A stretch of DNA of 64,000 nt from Deltaproteobacteria bacterium (GCA_016713535.1 JADJOY010000017.1:34436-98435), one strand, 5' to 3'; counted from the first letter of the stretch, positions 20,634 to 30,653 are shown. Notes: generated by a model from the sequence alone, not told the origin. Made by a program: numbers and translations.

Positions 20634-21332
20634 ATGTCATCACCAGCACCACCTCCCGGCTCTCCCCCGACGCGGGGCGATCCGGCTCCCCGATCACCCC
20701 CCAGGAGGGTCCCGCTCCGGTTGCCCGCGCTGCCCTACGCGGCGGACGCGCTGGAGCCGGTGCTGAGCGGAGAAGCGGTCGATACGCACTACGAGAAGTA
20801 CCAGCGGCGCGATCTGGAGCGGCTCGAGCACTCCCTCGAGGGCTCTCTCCTCGGTGATCAGCCCCTCGACGGCATCGTGCGGCTCGCGACCGGGGAGGTC
20901 TTCGACCACGCCGCGCAGGTGTGGAACCACACCTTTTACTGGAACAGCATGACCCCGCGCGGCGGTGGGCGGCCGCGCCGCGGCCGCATCGCCAAGGCCA
21001 TCGACACCTCGTTCGGTTCCTACGACGAGTTCGCCGAGCGCTTTCAGCAGACCGCGGCCGGCCTCTTCGGCTGCGGCTACGTCTGGCTCTACCGCCCGGA
21101 CGAGACCGACCGCGTCGAGCTCGCGGCGCTGCCCAATGCCGGGAATCCACTCAGCCACGGCGGGGCGCCGATCCTCGTCGCGGACCTGTGGGAGCACGCT
21201 TACTACCTCGATCACCGGGAACAGTCCGCGCGCTACGTCCGCCTCTTCCTCGAGAGGCTCGTCCACTGGGACTTCGCCGAGCAGAATCTGTCCGAGGTCC
21301 GTGGACTGGCCGCGCGCGTCGGTCCGCGCTGA
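20634..21332 (+). CDS. sodB: Fe/Mn superoxide dismutase (Fe-type)
   Basis: LPALPYAADALEP ... AAQVWNHTFYWNSM ... DLWEHAYYLDHR; the metal ligands H, H, D, H are conserved. The ATG at 20634 gives a 30-aa Pro-rich N-terminal extension. An alternative TTG at 20721, 12 nt downstream of AGGAGG, would give a canonical-length protein. Confidence 0.85.
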   Translation: MSSPAPPPGSPPTRGDPAPRSPPRRVPLRLPALPYAADALEPVLSGEAVDTHYEKYQRRDLERLEHSLEGSLLGDQPLDGIVRLATGEVFDHAAQVWNHTFYWNSMTPRGGGRPRRGRIAKAIDTSFGSYDEFAERFQQTAAGLFGCGYVWLYRPDETDRVELAALPNAGNPLSHGGAPILVADLWEHAYYLDHREQSARYVRLFLERLVHWDFAEQNLSEVRGLAARVGPR

Positions 21333-21545
21333 TCCATGCGGTCGACCTCGATCACCGTGGGACCACCCGGCGCCGGAGGCGGACGGCCCTCGGCGCTGGT
21401 TCGAAACGCCTATCTCCAGCGCCGCGCGCGCTGATCGAGGACAGCCATGAGGTTCCGTCGGACTCGTCGGATGATCTCTACCAACTCGTGCCCGACGACA
21501 GGGCTCTGGACACGCAGCGGCCCGTGGAGTGAGGGCGCCGGGCGG

Positions 21546-22157
21546 ATGGTGCGCCGCCTGCTCGCGATCGGGTTGCTCGTCGGTCTGACCGGGGTGCTCG
21601 GTGCGACCCGCTCCGAGGCTGCGGCCGACGAGCCCTCGGCGTCGGAGGTCGTGAGGCGAATGACCGACGACGTCGTCGGGTTGCTCAACGACGGCACGAA
21701 GTCGGCCGCGGAGCGGCGCCGCGGGATCGAGCGGATCGCCGAGGCGAACATCGACTTCGACACGCTCTCGAAGCTGGTGCTGACGCAGTGGTGGTCGCGG
21801 CTCTCGCCGGCCGATCAGCGCGAGTTCGTGGCGCAGTTCCAGCAACATCTCGCTGTGACGTACGGCCGCAACTTCGAGCACTTCCACGACGAGACCGTGG
21901 AGGTGCTGGGAGATCGCGCCGTGTCCGACGGCGACTGGAAGGTGCTGACGCGGATCGTCCGCCCGAGCGCCCAGAGCGTGACGGTGAACTACCGGCTGCG
22001 GAAGATCGGCGAGCAGTGGCGCATCATCGACGTGCTGATCGAGGGCGTGAGCCTGGTGTCGAACTTCCGCTCCCAGTTTCACGCGATCCTGGCCGACGGT
22101 GGCGCACCGCAGCTCCTCCAGGTGCTGCGAGACAAGAACGCGGTTGGGACGAGCTGA
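21546..22157 (+). CDS. MlaC/Ttg2D-family periplasmic phospholipid-binding protein
   Basis: Signal peptide MVRRLLAIGLLVGLTGVLGA; toluene-tolerance Ttg2D-like body. Confidence 0.75.
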   Translation: MVRRLLAIGLLVGLTGVLGATRSEAAADEPSASEVVRRMTDDVVGLLNDGTKSAAERRRGIERIAEANIDFDTLSKLVLTQWWSRLSPADQREFVAQFQQHLAVTYGRNFEHFHDETVEVLGDRAVSDGDWKVLTRIVRPSAQSVTVNYRLRKIGEQWRIIDVLIEGVSLVSNFRSQFHAILADGGAPQLLQVLRDKNAVGTS

Positions 22158-22185
22158 GCCAGAGATCGCATCCGAGGACGTCGTG

Positions 22186-22232
22186 GAGCCTGCGACGGGG
22201 GCTTCGTCGTCGTGCGGGGGGCTCCGTTCCCC
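22186..22232. repeat. degenerate REP-like copy (module A decayed, module B intact)
   Basis: tgCGACGGGGGcttCGTCGtcgTGCGGGGGGCTCCGTTCCCCCGCg. Confidence 0.4.
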
Positions 22233-22439
22233 CGCGAGCGCCTCGACCGGGTGTTGGCCGACCTGCGTTACGGAGCCGTGCGCTCCGGTGCGCGAGCCAG
22301 GAATGGAGTGGGGTCGCGGCCGTACGACGATCCGCTGGCGGCCACGTTCGATCGAGGAGGCTCGCCGGGGATCCCGTGATTCCCTTGGCTTACAGCGGGT
22401 GCTGTCCGCCGAAGCCGCAACCGGGGCGGCTCGGGCGTC

Positions 22440-22453
22440 GGCACCCGGTTTGC
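22440..22453 (+). promoter_or_regulatory. sigma-54 type promoter GGCACccggtTTGC about 60 nt upstream of the second csbD-like gene
   Basis: Exact GGCAC-N5-TTGC spacing. Confidence 0.55.
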
Positions 22454-22514
22454 GGTGCTTCCCAATGGATCGGAGATGCCAATCGCTCCATCGAGCAGAA
22501 GGGGAGGCCGAGTC

Positions 22515-22679
22515 ATGGCCGGCAAGGTCGATCAGGCCAAAGGGCGTGTGAAAGAAGCCGTCGGCGTGCTCACGAACGACAAGAAACTCGAGACCGAGGG
22601 GAAGGTCGATCAGGTCGTCGGGAAGGTGAAGAAAGCCGTGGAGAAGGTCGTCCACGCCATCCAGGAGACGGTCTCCTGA
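22515..22679 (+). CDS. CsbD-family stress protein (second copy)
   Basis: MAGKVDQAKGRVKEAVGVLTNDKKLETEGKVDQVVGKVKKAVEKV; GGGGAGG RBS. Confidence 0.75.
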   Translation: MAGKVDQAKGRVKEAVGVLTNDKKLETEGKVDQVVGKVKKAVEKVVHAIQETVS

Positions 22680-22767
22680 CGCCGCTTGCCCGCGCCGCGA
22701 AGCCTCGGCCCGTGGCGCGGTTGGCCAACGACGAAGCGAACCCGAGCCCGAGGGCCGGGGGCATGCC

Positions 22768-24048
22768 ATGACGGCGGGGCCGAGCATCCGAGCGTACGAG
22801 TCGAGTGCGACGGCGCTCACCGCGGCGAAGCCGATGGGTGAGGGCCGAGTCCCGCTGATCGACGAGTCCATTCTCCGCGAGGTCGTCGAAGCGCTCGCGC
22901 CCCTCGTTCGAGCACCGTGTTCCCAGGCCGAGCGCGCCGCTGCGGATTGGATCGCCAGCCGCTTGCGCAAGGCCGGATGTCACCACGTCGAGCTGGAGGA
23001 CGAGGCCTCGTGGGGGTCGTTCCCGCCCAACCTGATCGCGGCCGGTCTGCTCGGCATCGCTGGCGGGATCGCGGGCCTCGCAGGGCGCGAGCTGCTCGCG
23101 ATCGGTGCGTTGCTGGTCTCGATCGTGGCGGTGGCGGACGAGGTGCAGAACGGCCCCCGTGTGCTCCGCCGGCTGTTGCGGCGCAAGCGGCGCACGGTCA
23201 ACGTCGTCGCACGTGTCGGCGATCCGGATGCGCCGCGCACCATCGTGCTGATGGCTCACCACGACGCCGCGAAGACGGGCCACCTCTTCGATCAGACGCT
23301 GCTCAAGAAGATCTACGCGCGCTGGCCCGCGTTCGTGCACGCGCGCAGGAGTGCACCGCCGGAGTGGTGGATCGGAGTCATCGCGCCCGCGGTCGCGATC
23401 CTCGGCGTGGTCACGGGTCAGGGCTGGTTGATCTCACTCGGTATCGCCGGGATCGTGGCTGGCGTCGCGTTGCTCGCCGACATCGAACGAAGCGAGACGG
23501 TGCCGGGCGCCAACGACAATCTCTCCGGCGTGGCCGCGCTGGTCGCGATCGCGGAGGAGCTCAGCTCCCGTCCCGTACCCGGGCTCGACGTCTGGATCGT
23601 GTCGACCGGCGCCGAGGAGACGCTCCAGGACGGCATCCGTGGGTTCATGGCGCGACATGGAGAGGAGCTCCAGCGCCGTCGCGCGGTCACGCTCAACTTC
23701 GAGACCGTCGGCTCGCCTCATCTCGGCTTGCTCGAGGGAGAAGGTCCTCTGTGGATGGAGGACTATCGTGGGCCGTGGCTCCGCGACACGATCGCGTCGA
23801 TCGCGAAGGGTCGCGGCATCGAGCTCGAGCGCGGGCTTCGGGCGCGCTCCTCGACCGACAGCGTGATCACCAGCCGTGCGGGCCTGCCGTCGGCCTGCCT
23901 CGTTTCGCTGACCGACTGGCGCGCCCTGGCCAACTATCACCTGCGGACCGACGTTCCGGAGAATCTCGACTACCGGACGATCGCGAACGCGTCGCGGTTG
24001 GGCGTGGCGGTGGCGCAGTCGTTCGGCCGCGGAAGCCTGGCCGGCTGA
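22768..24048 (+). CDS. M28-family zinc peptidase-like membrane protein
   Basis: PGANDNLSGVAALVAIAEEL M28 signature; several TM segments inserted. Confidence 0.75.
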   Translation: MTAGPSIRAYESSATALTAAKPMGEGRVPLIDESILREVVEALAPLVRAPCSQAERAAADWIASRLRKAGCHHVELEDEASWGSFPPNLIAAGLLGIAGGIAGLAGRELLAIGALLVSIVAVADEVQNGPRVLRRLLRRKRRTVNVVARVGDPDAPRTIVLMAHHDAAKTGHLFDQTLLKKIYARWPAFVHARRSAPPEWWIGVIAPAVAILGVVTGQGWLISLGIAGIVAGVALLADIERSETVPGANDNLSGVAALVAIAEELSSRPVPGLDVWIVSTGAEETLQDGIRGFMARHGEELQRRRAVTLNFETVGSPHLGLLEGEGPLWMEDYRGPWLRDTIASIAKGRGIELERGLRARSSTDSVITSRAGLPSACLVSLTDWRALANYHLRTDVPENLDYRTIANASRLGVAVAQSFGRGSLAG

Positions 24049-24107
24049 AGCGCGCGCCTCCTCGATCGCACCTCGGCGCGGCTGTGAATCTTCCCATCCG
24101 GGTCGCT

Positions 24108-24200
24108 CACGGAAGCCGCGTGGCCCCGGCGACGGGGGATGGAACCCCCGCCGCTACGATGGTTCTCGCAGCGCGGGGGGATCCGTCCCCCGCGCCGGTC
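24108..24200. repeat. REP-like repeat, copy 3
   Basis: GGAAGCCGCGTG...GGCGACGGGGG-ATGGAA-CCCCCGCCGC-TACG...CGCGGGGGG-ATCCGT-CCCCCGCG; lies between convergent genes. Confidence 0.6.
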
Positions 24201-24213
24201 ACCCGGATACGGG

Positions 24214-24741
24214 TCAGCGATCCGGTCGCGGCGCCGGCGCGTTCCCGATCAGCGGGAGCTGACCGAGCATGCCGACCTTGAACGCGGACGTGATCAGGTC
24301 GTCGAGCTGGTAGAAGCGCGCACCCACGCGCCCGGAGACGGCGGCGGCGATGCGCTCGAAGTGGCTCGTCCGCAGTGCTTCACCGTCGCGCTCGAGCGCG
24401 ATGGCCTCGCGCGTGAGTGCCAGCGACTCACGGTCATCGAGCGCCACGTTCCGGCCCACGAAGTCCTGGAGCACGCGCATCATGCGCTTGTCGAGCGCGT
24501 TGCGCTCCTTCTCGAAGCCCGCGTAGAGGTCCCAGAAGGCCTCCTTCTCGCTCTCGGTCAGGCTCATCCCGCGTTCGAAGACCTTGCGCCGCTCGGCGGT
24601 GATCGCGAACCGGATGACCTCGGTGTCGACGGTGGGCTGGACGACCACCGGCGCCGTCGCTGGCTCCGCGGCGATGGAGCCCGCCGCTGTGGCGGCACAC
24701 AGCAGTGCGCCGAGTAGCAGGGACCGCTTTCGTCGGATCAT
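24214..24741 (-). CDS. hypothetical periplasmic protein
   Basis: Start ATG 24741 (MIRRKRSLLLGALLCAATAAGSIAA signal peptide); ATGA overlap with the upstream gene. Confidence 0.55.
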   Translation of the reverse strand: MIRRKRSLLLGALLCAATAAGSIAAEPATAPVVVQPTVDTEVIRFAITAERRKVFERGMSLTESEKEAFWDLYAGFEKERNALDKRMMRVLQDFVGRNVALDDRESLALTREAIALERDGEALRTSHFERIAAAVSGRVGARFYQLDDLITSAFKVGMLGQLPLIGNAPAPRPDR

Positions 24742-25565
24742 GGCGGACCTCCGGGCGGCGCGCGGTAGACGGCTGGGTCGACCTCGGGCGCCAGGTTCAC
24801 GTCGGTGAAGGTGAGGTCGTAGTCGTGCACCTGCGCGGGGCGCGAGGTCCGCACGTGCAGACGCTTGGGGAGCCTGAGGGCGCCGACCGTCTGCCATTCG
24901 AGGAACGTCGCGCTGCCAGCGAGACCGACGTCACCCTGGCCCACGTCGAACGCCACGTGCAGCAGCTCGCCGGACCGAGGATCGAAGTAGCCGAGCGCGC
25001 GCCGGTGCATTCCGATCGCCGACCCCTCCGGCTCGGCGAGCACGGTCTCGAGATCGCGGCCGGCGAACGGCTTGATACCGGCATACGCCAGGTGGATGCC
25101 CGGGGCGAGCATCAGGAACGGCGCGGCGAAGAGCTGGGCCTCGACCGGGACCCGCATCGAGTCCGGTCCGGGGGAGCGCACGCTGCGTTTGCCATCCTCG
25201 ACGAAGAACACGTCGTCACCGTTGCGCACCCACGCGGATCGGTGTGCGTCGGCGAAGTCCATGCGGCCCCGCCCGCGTCCGAAGTCGAAGGTGAACCGGA
25301 TCTCGCGTTTGGTCTGCGAGGGCTCGACCTCGGCCAAGTCGGCGGGCGGAGCTTGCGCGTACCGCGCCGTGAACGTGACGTCGCCGAGATGGTCCCACGC
25401 CGCCTGATCCCCGTGGGCGCGCACGGCGCGCATCACCAGAGCCCGACCTCGTGTCTCGGCCTCGTCGGAGGGGATGTCCTCGCGCCGCGGGAGCAGGAGG
25501 CCACAACCGCAGGCGAAGGTCCCGAGCAACGCGATGGCGGTGACGACCCTCGTGGTCCGCTTCAT
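24738..25565 (-). CDS. hypothetical lipoprotein
   Basis: Start ATG 25565; MKRTTRVVTAIALLGTFACGCG lipobox; the ORF track runs far upstream as a GC-rich artefact. Confidence 0.6.
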   Translation of the reverse strand: MKRTTRVVTAIALLGTFACGCGLLLPRREDIPSDEAETRGRALVMRAVRAHGDQAAWDHLGDVTFTARYAQAPPADLAEVEPSQTKREIRFTFDFGRGRGRMDFADAHRSAWVRNGDDVFFVEDGKRSVRSPGPDSMRVPVEAQLFAAPFLMLAPGIHLAYAGIKPFAGRDLETVLAEPEGSAIGMHRRALGYFDPRSGELLHVAFDVGQGDVGLAGSATFLEWQTVGALRLPKRLHVRTSRPAQVHDYDLTFTDVNLAPEVDPAVYRAPPGGPP

Positions 25566-25633
25566 GGTCTCGCCCGGTCGGCGCCGGCTCGCGAGGGGCC
25601 GGCGAGCGCCAGCCCCCACGCCGGCGACCGCGT

Positions 25634-26977
25634 TCAGAACGCCTTCGACCACATCACCAGCACCTGGCTTCCGCCTCGGTCGCCCCGCACGAGCCGGGTG
25701 TCGTAGTCGTATTCGACCTCGAGGGTCGAGTCCCAGAAGAACCCGCTGACCAGCGCCATCGACGGCACCTCGCCGGTCAGGGAGCGGAAGTGCGCGTTGC
25801 CGCTCGACTCCTCGATCGAGACGATGCGGCCCTGGAAGAGCGTGATGCTGGCGCGCAGGTACATGAAGAACGTGAGCTCGTAACGGTACGAGGCCGTGGC
25901 CAGCACGTATTCGTCGGCGATGAACTGATCGAAGAGCGCACCCGGATAGGTGATCCGGAGGAGGTCGTCCGCTTCCCTCGGCAGCGGACCGCCGCCGATG
26001 CGGAACCCCGAATAGCGGTCGAGCGTCCCTTGCGGCGCCCAGCCGAAGCGGAGCTGGCCGGTGATCCCGTGTCGGTCCGAGAGCCACGGCAGCCGGGTCG
26101 CACCGACCACGTACCCCTTGAGCTTCATGAAGTCGCGATCGCCGAGCTCGGTCAGCGGATCGCGGTGGCCTTCGATGGCGGCCGGCTCCTGGTTCCAGCG
26201 ATCCCGGCGCAGGAACTCGGCGTCGAGACCGAACGCGTAGCCGGACTGAGGAATCTCGAGGAGGTTGCGTTGCAGCGCGTCGAGGCGCACCCGCAGCGAC
26301 GGCCCGTGCACCCAGGTGTCGTACGGGACCGCGATGTCGGGAGAGGTGTCGTCGGTGCGGTTGAAGTGCGCGTATTCGCCTCGGTAGAAGAGCTGGATCC
26401 GAAGCTGGTTGTCGACGTTGAAGGGCGACACGTCGAGCGCCCAGCCCGGGCCAATCCAGAGCGTCTCGTAGCCCCATTTGAGCTCGGTGTCGTCGAGCTC
26501 CTCACCGCTCACCGTCTCGGCTTCACCGAAGAGGCGGCGGTCGTCGTTGCCGAGACGCGCGATGGCCTCGAAGCCTCGGAAGCGCTGGGCGAACTCGAGG
26601 TCGTTGACGAGCCCGCTGATCTGCGCGCGTACCCGGCGCTGATCCTCCCAGTCGCCCAGGTAGTAGAACGAGCCGAGGGGCGAGAACTGGGTGTCCCCGA
26701 TCTTGGGGGCGTAGAGCGTGGCGCCGAGCGCGACCGCCATCGTATCGCCGCGGTCACGCGCCTCGATGTTCACCTCTTTGCCGAAGATCTCGGTCTGATA
26801 GGGCTCGCCGGCCTGTCCCGATTCGTACTCGGCGGGGGCCGGTTTCGGCTCACCTGCGCTCGTCGGTACGCCAGAGGTGTCGGACGAGCTCTGCGCCTCG
26901 ACGGCGCTCAGGGGTGCGATCCACAGCACGATCGCGAGGAGGGTCGAGAACGTGGGTCGAGTGAAGCTCGATGTCAT
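25634..26977 (-). CDS. outer-membrane beta-barrel protein (C-terminal aromatic residue)
   Basis: Start ATG 26977 with AGGAGA RBS; signal peptide MTSSFTRPTFSTLLAIVLWIAPLSAVEAQ; alternating amphipathic strands; ends ...VLVMWSKAF. Confidence 0.6.
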   Translation of the reverse strand: MTSSFTRPTFSTLLAIVLWIAPLSAVEAQSSSDTSGVPTSAGEPKPAPAEYESGQAGEPYQTEIFGKEVNIEARDRGDTMAVALGATLYAPKIGDTQFSPLGSFYYLGDWEDQRRVRAQISGLVNDLEFAQRFRGFEAIARLGNDDRRLFGEAETVSGEELDDTELKWGYETLWIGPGWALDVSPFNVDNQLRIQLFYRGEYAHFNRTDDTSPDIAVPYDTWVHGPSLRVRLDALQRNLLEIPQSGYAFGLDAEFLRRDRWNQEPAAIEGHRDPLTELGDRDFMKLKGYVVGATRLPWLSDRHGITGQLRFGWAPQGTLDRYSGFRIGGGPLPREADDLLRITYPGALFDQFIADEYVLATASYRYELTFFMYLRASITLFQGRIVSIEESSGNAHFRSLTGEVPSMALVSGFFWDSTLEVEYDYDTRLVRGDRGGSQVLVMWSKAF

Positions 26978-27148
26978 GGGCTCTCCTGCGGTCGGTGTGT
27001 CGCCGGAACGTCGGACGAGCGCCGTCCGCGGCCGCTCGATGCTCGAGCCCTCGAGCCCGAATCCAGCTTCTCGAGAAGCGAAGGCCCGCACCGGCTCTCG
27101 TCGAGCTCGGCAGCGGTGGAGCTCCGCGCCTCGCGTTCGACTCCTTAG

Positions 27149-27162
27149 AGCAAGAACGATGC
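27149..27162 (-). promoter_or_regulatory. sigma-54 type promoter (minus strand GGCATcgttcTTGC) about 170 nt upstream of the OM beta-barrel/lipoprotein operon
   Basis: Reverse complement of tagaGCAAgaacgATGCCtcgg. Confidence 0.4.
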
Positions 27163-27370
27163 CTCGGTAGATCGGCTGACGCGGTCCGCGGCGCGGGCGG
27201 ATCGCGCCGCGCGCGCCGCGGGCGATTGCAGGTCCGCTACAGGATCCTTGTAAGAGCTGCCGGGTGCCGCGGCGCCGACGGCGCAGGCCGCTTCCGGTCG
27301 TGGGGGTTCGGAGGGCCCAAGCGCGCGGAGAGCGCGTCGGGTCGCCGAGCTGCGCCCGGTGTGAACCCGC

Positions 27371-27384
27371 GGCACACACGTTGC
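27371..27384 (+). promoter_or_regulatory. sigma-54 type promoter GGCACacacgTTGC about 55 nt upstream of the DUF3309 / B12-rSAM operon
   Basis: cGGCACacacgTTGCt; exact consensus spacing. Confidence 0.55.
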
Positions 27385-27439
27385 TCTAGCCGGAGACCGA
27401 ACGTGCGGCCGGGTCCCCCGAGCCGTTGCGGGGGTCGTG

Positions 27440-27604
27440 ATGAGCGTGAGCCTGGTCGTGATCGTGTTGCTGGCGTTGCTTCTCGTCGGTGCCTTTCCCA
27501 CGTGGCCCCACAGCCGAGGCTGGGGCTACGGACCGTCGGGTGGTCTGGGGCTGGTACTGCTGATCGTCGTGATCCTCATGCTCACCGGGACCCTTCACCT
27601 CTGA
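27440..27604 (+). CDS. DUF3309 small membrane protein (55 aa; below the ORF-track size cutoff)
   Basis: MSVSLVVIVLLALLLVGAFPTWPHSRGWGYGPSGGLGLVLLIVVILMLTGTLHL matches the DUF3309 pattern (PTWPYSRGWGY); high GC3. Confidence 0.7.
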   Translation: MSVSLVVIVLLALLLVGAFPTWPHSRGWGYGPSGGLGLVLLIVVILMLTGTLHL

Positions 27605-27669
27605 GCCCGCGCGGCCGTCGCCGAGCGGATGGGTGACGGTCGACGGACGGCTCACCCGGAAGAATCCTG

Positions 27670-29306
27670 ATGAAGATCGAGTTGATCGCTCCCAAGAACC
27701 CGGAGTCGTTCTGGACGTTCGACCGCGTCCTGCCCACGATCTCCAAGAGCGCCACGTTCCCGAACCTGGCGCTCCCGACCTCGCGGCGCTCACTCCGCCC
27801 TGGCACGACGTCGTGCTCCGGGACGAGAACGTCGAGGCGATCGACTTCGACACCGACGCCGACTGGATCGGGCTCACCGGCTACATCGTCCACAAGGCGC
27901 GGATGTTCGAGATCATCGACGCGTTCAAGGCGCGCGGACGGCGCATCGCGGTGGGGGGGCCGTTCGCGACGCTGTGCCCCGAGCAGCTCCGCGACAAGGT
28001 GGACGTACTCTTCGTGGGCGAGAGCGAGCGCACCTGGCCACGCTTCCTGTCGGACCTCGCGGCGGGTGAGCCGAGGGCCGAGTACCACGCCGACGCTCTC
28101 CCCGAGCTCGACGACGCGCCGATCCCGCGCTTCGACCTGCTGAAGCTGAATCGCTATCGCAGCATGGCGGTGCAGTTCGCTCGCGGCTGTCCGTACACCT
28201 GCGAGTTCTGCGACATCATCGTCATGTACGGGCGCAGGCCGAGGACCAAGCCGGTGGCGCGCCTCGTCGCGGAGGTCGACGCGCTCCATGCGCTGGGCGC
28301 CCACGACGTGTTCGTGGTGGACGACAACTTCATCGGCAACAAGAAGGCCGCCAAGGCTCTGCTCCGCGAGCTCGTGGGGTGGCAGGTGGCGCACGGGTAC
28401 CCGGTGGAGTTCATGACCGAGGTCTCGCTCAACCTCGCCCAGGACGACGAGCTGCTGCGGCTGATGCACGACGCCAACTTCACGTCCGTGTTCATCGGCA
28501 TCGAGTCACCGCGGGTCGCGAGCCTCGAGGAGACCGGCAAGACCCAGAACATCCGCGCCGATCTGCTCGGATCGGTCCGCAAGATCCAGGACGCCGGCAT
28601 CGAGGTGATGGCGGGGATGATCGTGGGCTTCGACAACGACGACGTCTCCATCTTCGAGGAACAGTTCCGGTTCATCCAGGACGCTCGCATTCCGGTGTCG
28701 ATGACGGGCTTGCTGAATGCGCTACCGCAGACGCCGCTACGCGAGCGCCTGCTGACCGCGGGCCGGCTCGACGACGAGTACACCGGTGACCAGTTCGTGT
28801 TCTCGAACGTGATCCCGGCCGCGATGTCGCGGCTCGAGCTCTATGAGGGCTACAGGGACCTGCTCGAACGGCTCTACGATCACTCGAACTACCGCAGGCG
28901 TGCGATGGCCTTCCTCCGCGACCAGGGGCCGGAAAAACGCGTGCGTGTGTCCGCGGGCGCACACGAAGTGCGGATCTTCTTACGCGTGCTGTGGACGTGC
29001 GTGCTCCTCGCGCCGCCGCGGCGCGCGGCGATGACGCTGCGCATGCTCGGCGAGACGTTGCTGCGCAGGCCCAGCTCGATGCGCAAGGCGGTGGTGCTGG
29101 CGCTCATGCACAAACACCTTCACGAGTACGCAGTCTTCGTCCGAGCCGAGCTCGATCGGATCATCGTCGGCCTGCGCGCCCCGGCACCGCCACCGGTCGC
29201 CGTCGCGGAGCTCGTCGGTCATCGTCTGCTCCCTCAGGACCGGTTGGCGGGGCGCCGGTCGCCAGATCCGGCGAGCGGGCACGTGGTCGACGTTCCGGCC
29301 GGGTAA
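27670..29306 (+). CDS. B12-binding radical SAM protein with DUF4070-type C-terminus; apparent -1 frameshift near 27780
   Basis: N-terminus MKIELIAPKNPESFWTF is in frame 27670; the rest is in frame 27633 (B12-binding region, FARGCPYTCEFC CxxxCxxC, DUF4070-like tail). The frame changes inside a C run (ccgacctcg). Confidence 0.8.
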
Positions 29307-29439
29307 CCCGGTTGGCGGGGCGCGGCCAGGACTCCGTCACGGCGCGCGGAGCGTGGACGGACCCGTGGCGCCGGCGGTGAGATCCGCCTCGATTCCAGGG
29401 AGATCCGTGGCGTTGGCAGACCTCCATGGCCGCTTGCTC

Positions 29440-29453
29440 GGCACGTCGTTTGC
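29440..29453 (+). promoter_or_regulatory. sigma-54 type promoter GGCACgtcgtTTGC about 80 nt upstream of the alpha/beta hydrolase gene
   Basis: tcGGCACgtcgtTTGCgct. Confidence 0.55.
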
Positions 29454-29534
29454 GCTCGCGAACGGGTGGCTCTGGCCGCGCGGCCCGGTCTCGCGAGTGA
29501 GAGCGGCCCGGTAGCGCCGAGGGGGGGCTCATCC

Positions 29535-30653
29535 ATGCAACGCAGAAGCTCGCAGGCTCTCGACGGGATCGCGAGCTTTCTCGGAAGGCTCGTCATCCGG
29601 AGCGGAGCCGCTGCCGAGAATACGCTCGCGCAGCTCGATGCCTACCGCGGTCGCACCGTCGAGGAGCTGTTCCCGGCACCGCCGGGGCTGCCCGACGTCA
29701 CGGTCGCGCGCGCCTGGAAGGTCGGGCCTTTCGAGAGCCTTCACCTATCGTTCCCGTCGGAATACCAGCCCATCGCGCCCGACTTCCGGCAGCGCCACGG
29801 CGACGAGTACCGCCGCAATCAACAGGTCTCGGTGCGGTGGATCCGTCACACGCGCGGCGGCCCACGGCCCACGCTCATCTTCCTGCATAGCTGGATGCAA
29901 CCCGATACCGCGCTCGAGGAGCTCACGATGTTGCCGGTGCTCGCCGGTCAGCTCGGGCTCCACGTGGCCCGGCTCGACCTCCCGTACCACGGACGGCGCA
30001 AGCCTCTGGGTTCCCGGTTCGGGGGCGAGTACTTCTGGACCGCCGACCTGGTGCGTACCGTCGAAGCCATCGGACAGAGCGTGTGGGACACGCGGCGCCT
30101 GGTCTCGTGGCTCTCCGCTCAGGAGGGCGCGCCCGTCGGGATCATGGGGTTGAGCCTCGGCGGGATGATGGCGCTCTACACCGCGTGCGCCGACCCACGC
30201 CTCGCGTTCGCGATCGGCGTAGCGGCCCACCTCGATCTCGCCGGCGTCCTCGGCGACGCCTCCATCCTGAAGCGCATGCGCGGCGAGCTCGAGAGCCACG
30301 GCTGGAGCCCCGCCGACGTGAGTGCCTACATGGCGCTGGTGGGCATCGCGGACCTGAAGCCCGTGATCCCGCCCCAACGGATCTTGCTGGTCGCGGGCAA
30401 GTACGACCGGCTCCTCAGCGCCGATCGCACGGAAGCGCTGTGGAAGCGCTGGGGCGAGCCGCCCATCCACTGGTTTCCGGCGGGGCATCTGGGGATCTTC
30501 ACCCAGCTTCCGGGCACCATCGCCGTGGTTCGCCGATTCCTCGAGGGGCTCGGTCTCGGGCGGTCGCGACGCAACGGTGAGGCGGGCTCCACGTCTGTAG
30601 CGCCTACAGATCCGTTGTCACCCCCATTCAACGACGTTCCGCCGAGCGCCTGA
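29535..30653 (+). CDS. alpha/beta hydrolase fold protein
   Basis: GLSLGG nucleophile elbow (GxSxG), HSW oxyanion region; start ATG 29535 (MQRRSSQ). Confidence 0.75.
   Translation: MQRRSSQALDGIASFLGRLVIRSGAAAENTLAQLDAYRGRTVEELFPAPPGLPDVTVARAWKVGPFESLHLSFPSEYQPIAPDFRQRHGDEYRRNQQVSVRWIRHTRGGPRPTLIFLHSWMQPDTALEELTMLPVLAGQLGLHVARLDLPYHGRRKPLGSRFGGEYFWTADLVRTVEAIGQSVWDTRRLVSWLSAQEGAPVGIMGLSLGGMMALYTACADPRLAFAIGVAAHLDLAGVLGDASILKRMRGELESHGWSPADVSAYMALVGIADLKPVIPPQRILLVAGKYDRLLSADRTEALWKRWGEPPIHWFPAGHLGIFTQLPGTIAVVRRFLEGLGLGRSRRNGEAGSTSVAPTDPLSPPFNDVPPSA

Noticed and set aside
24738-26477. 579-aa ORF suggesting a large protein upstream of the lipoprotein
   Set aside because: The upstream 300 codons are Arg/Pro-rich frame artefacts that overlap the OM beta-barrel gene on the same strand in another frame. 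The real start is the lipoprotein signal at 25565.
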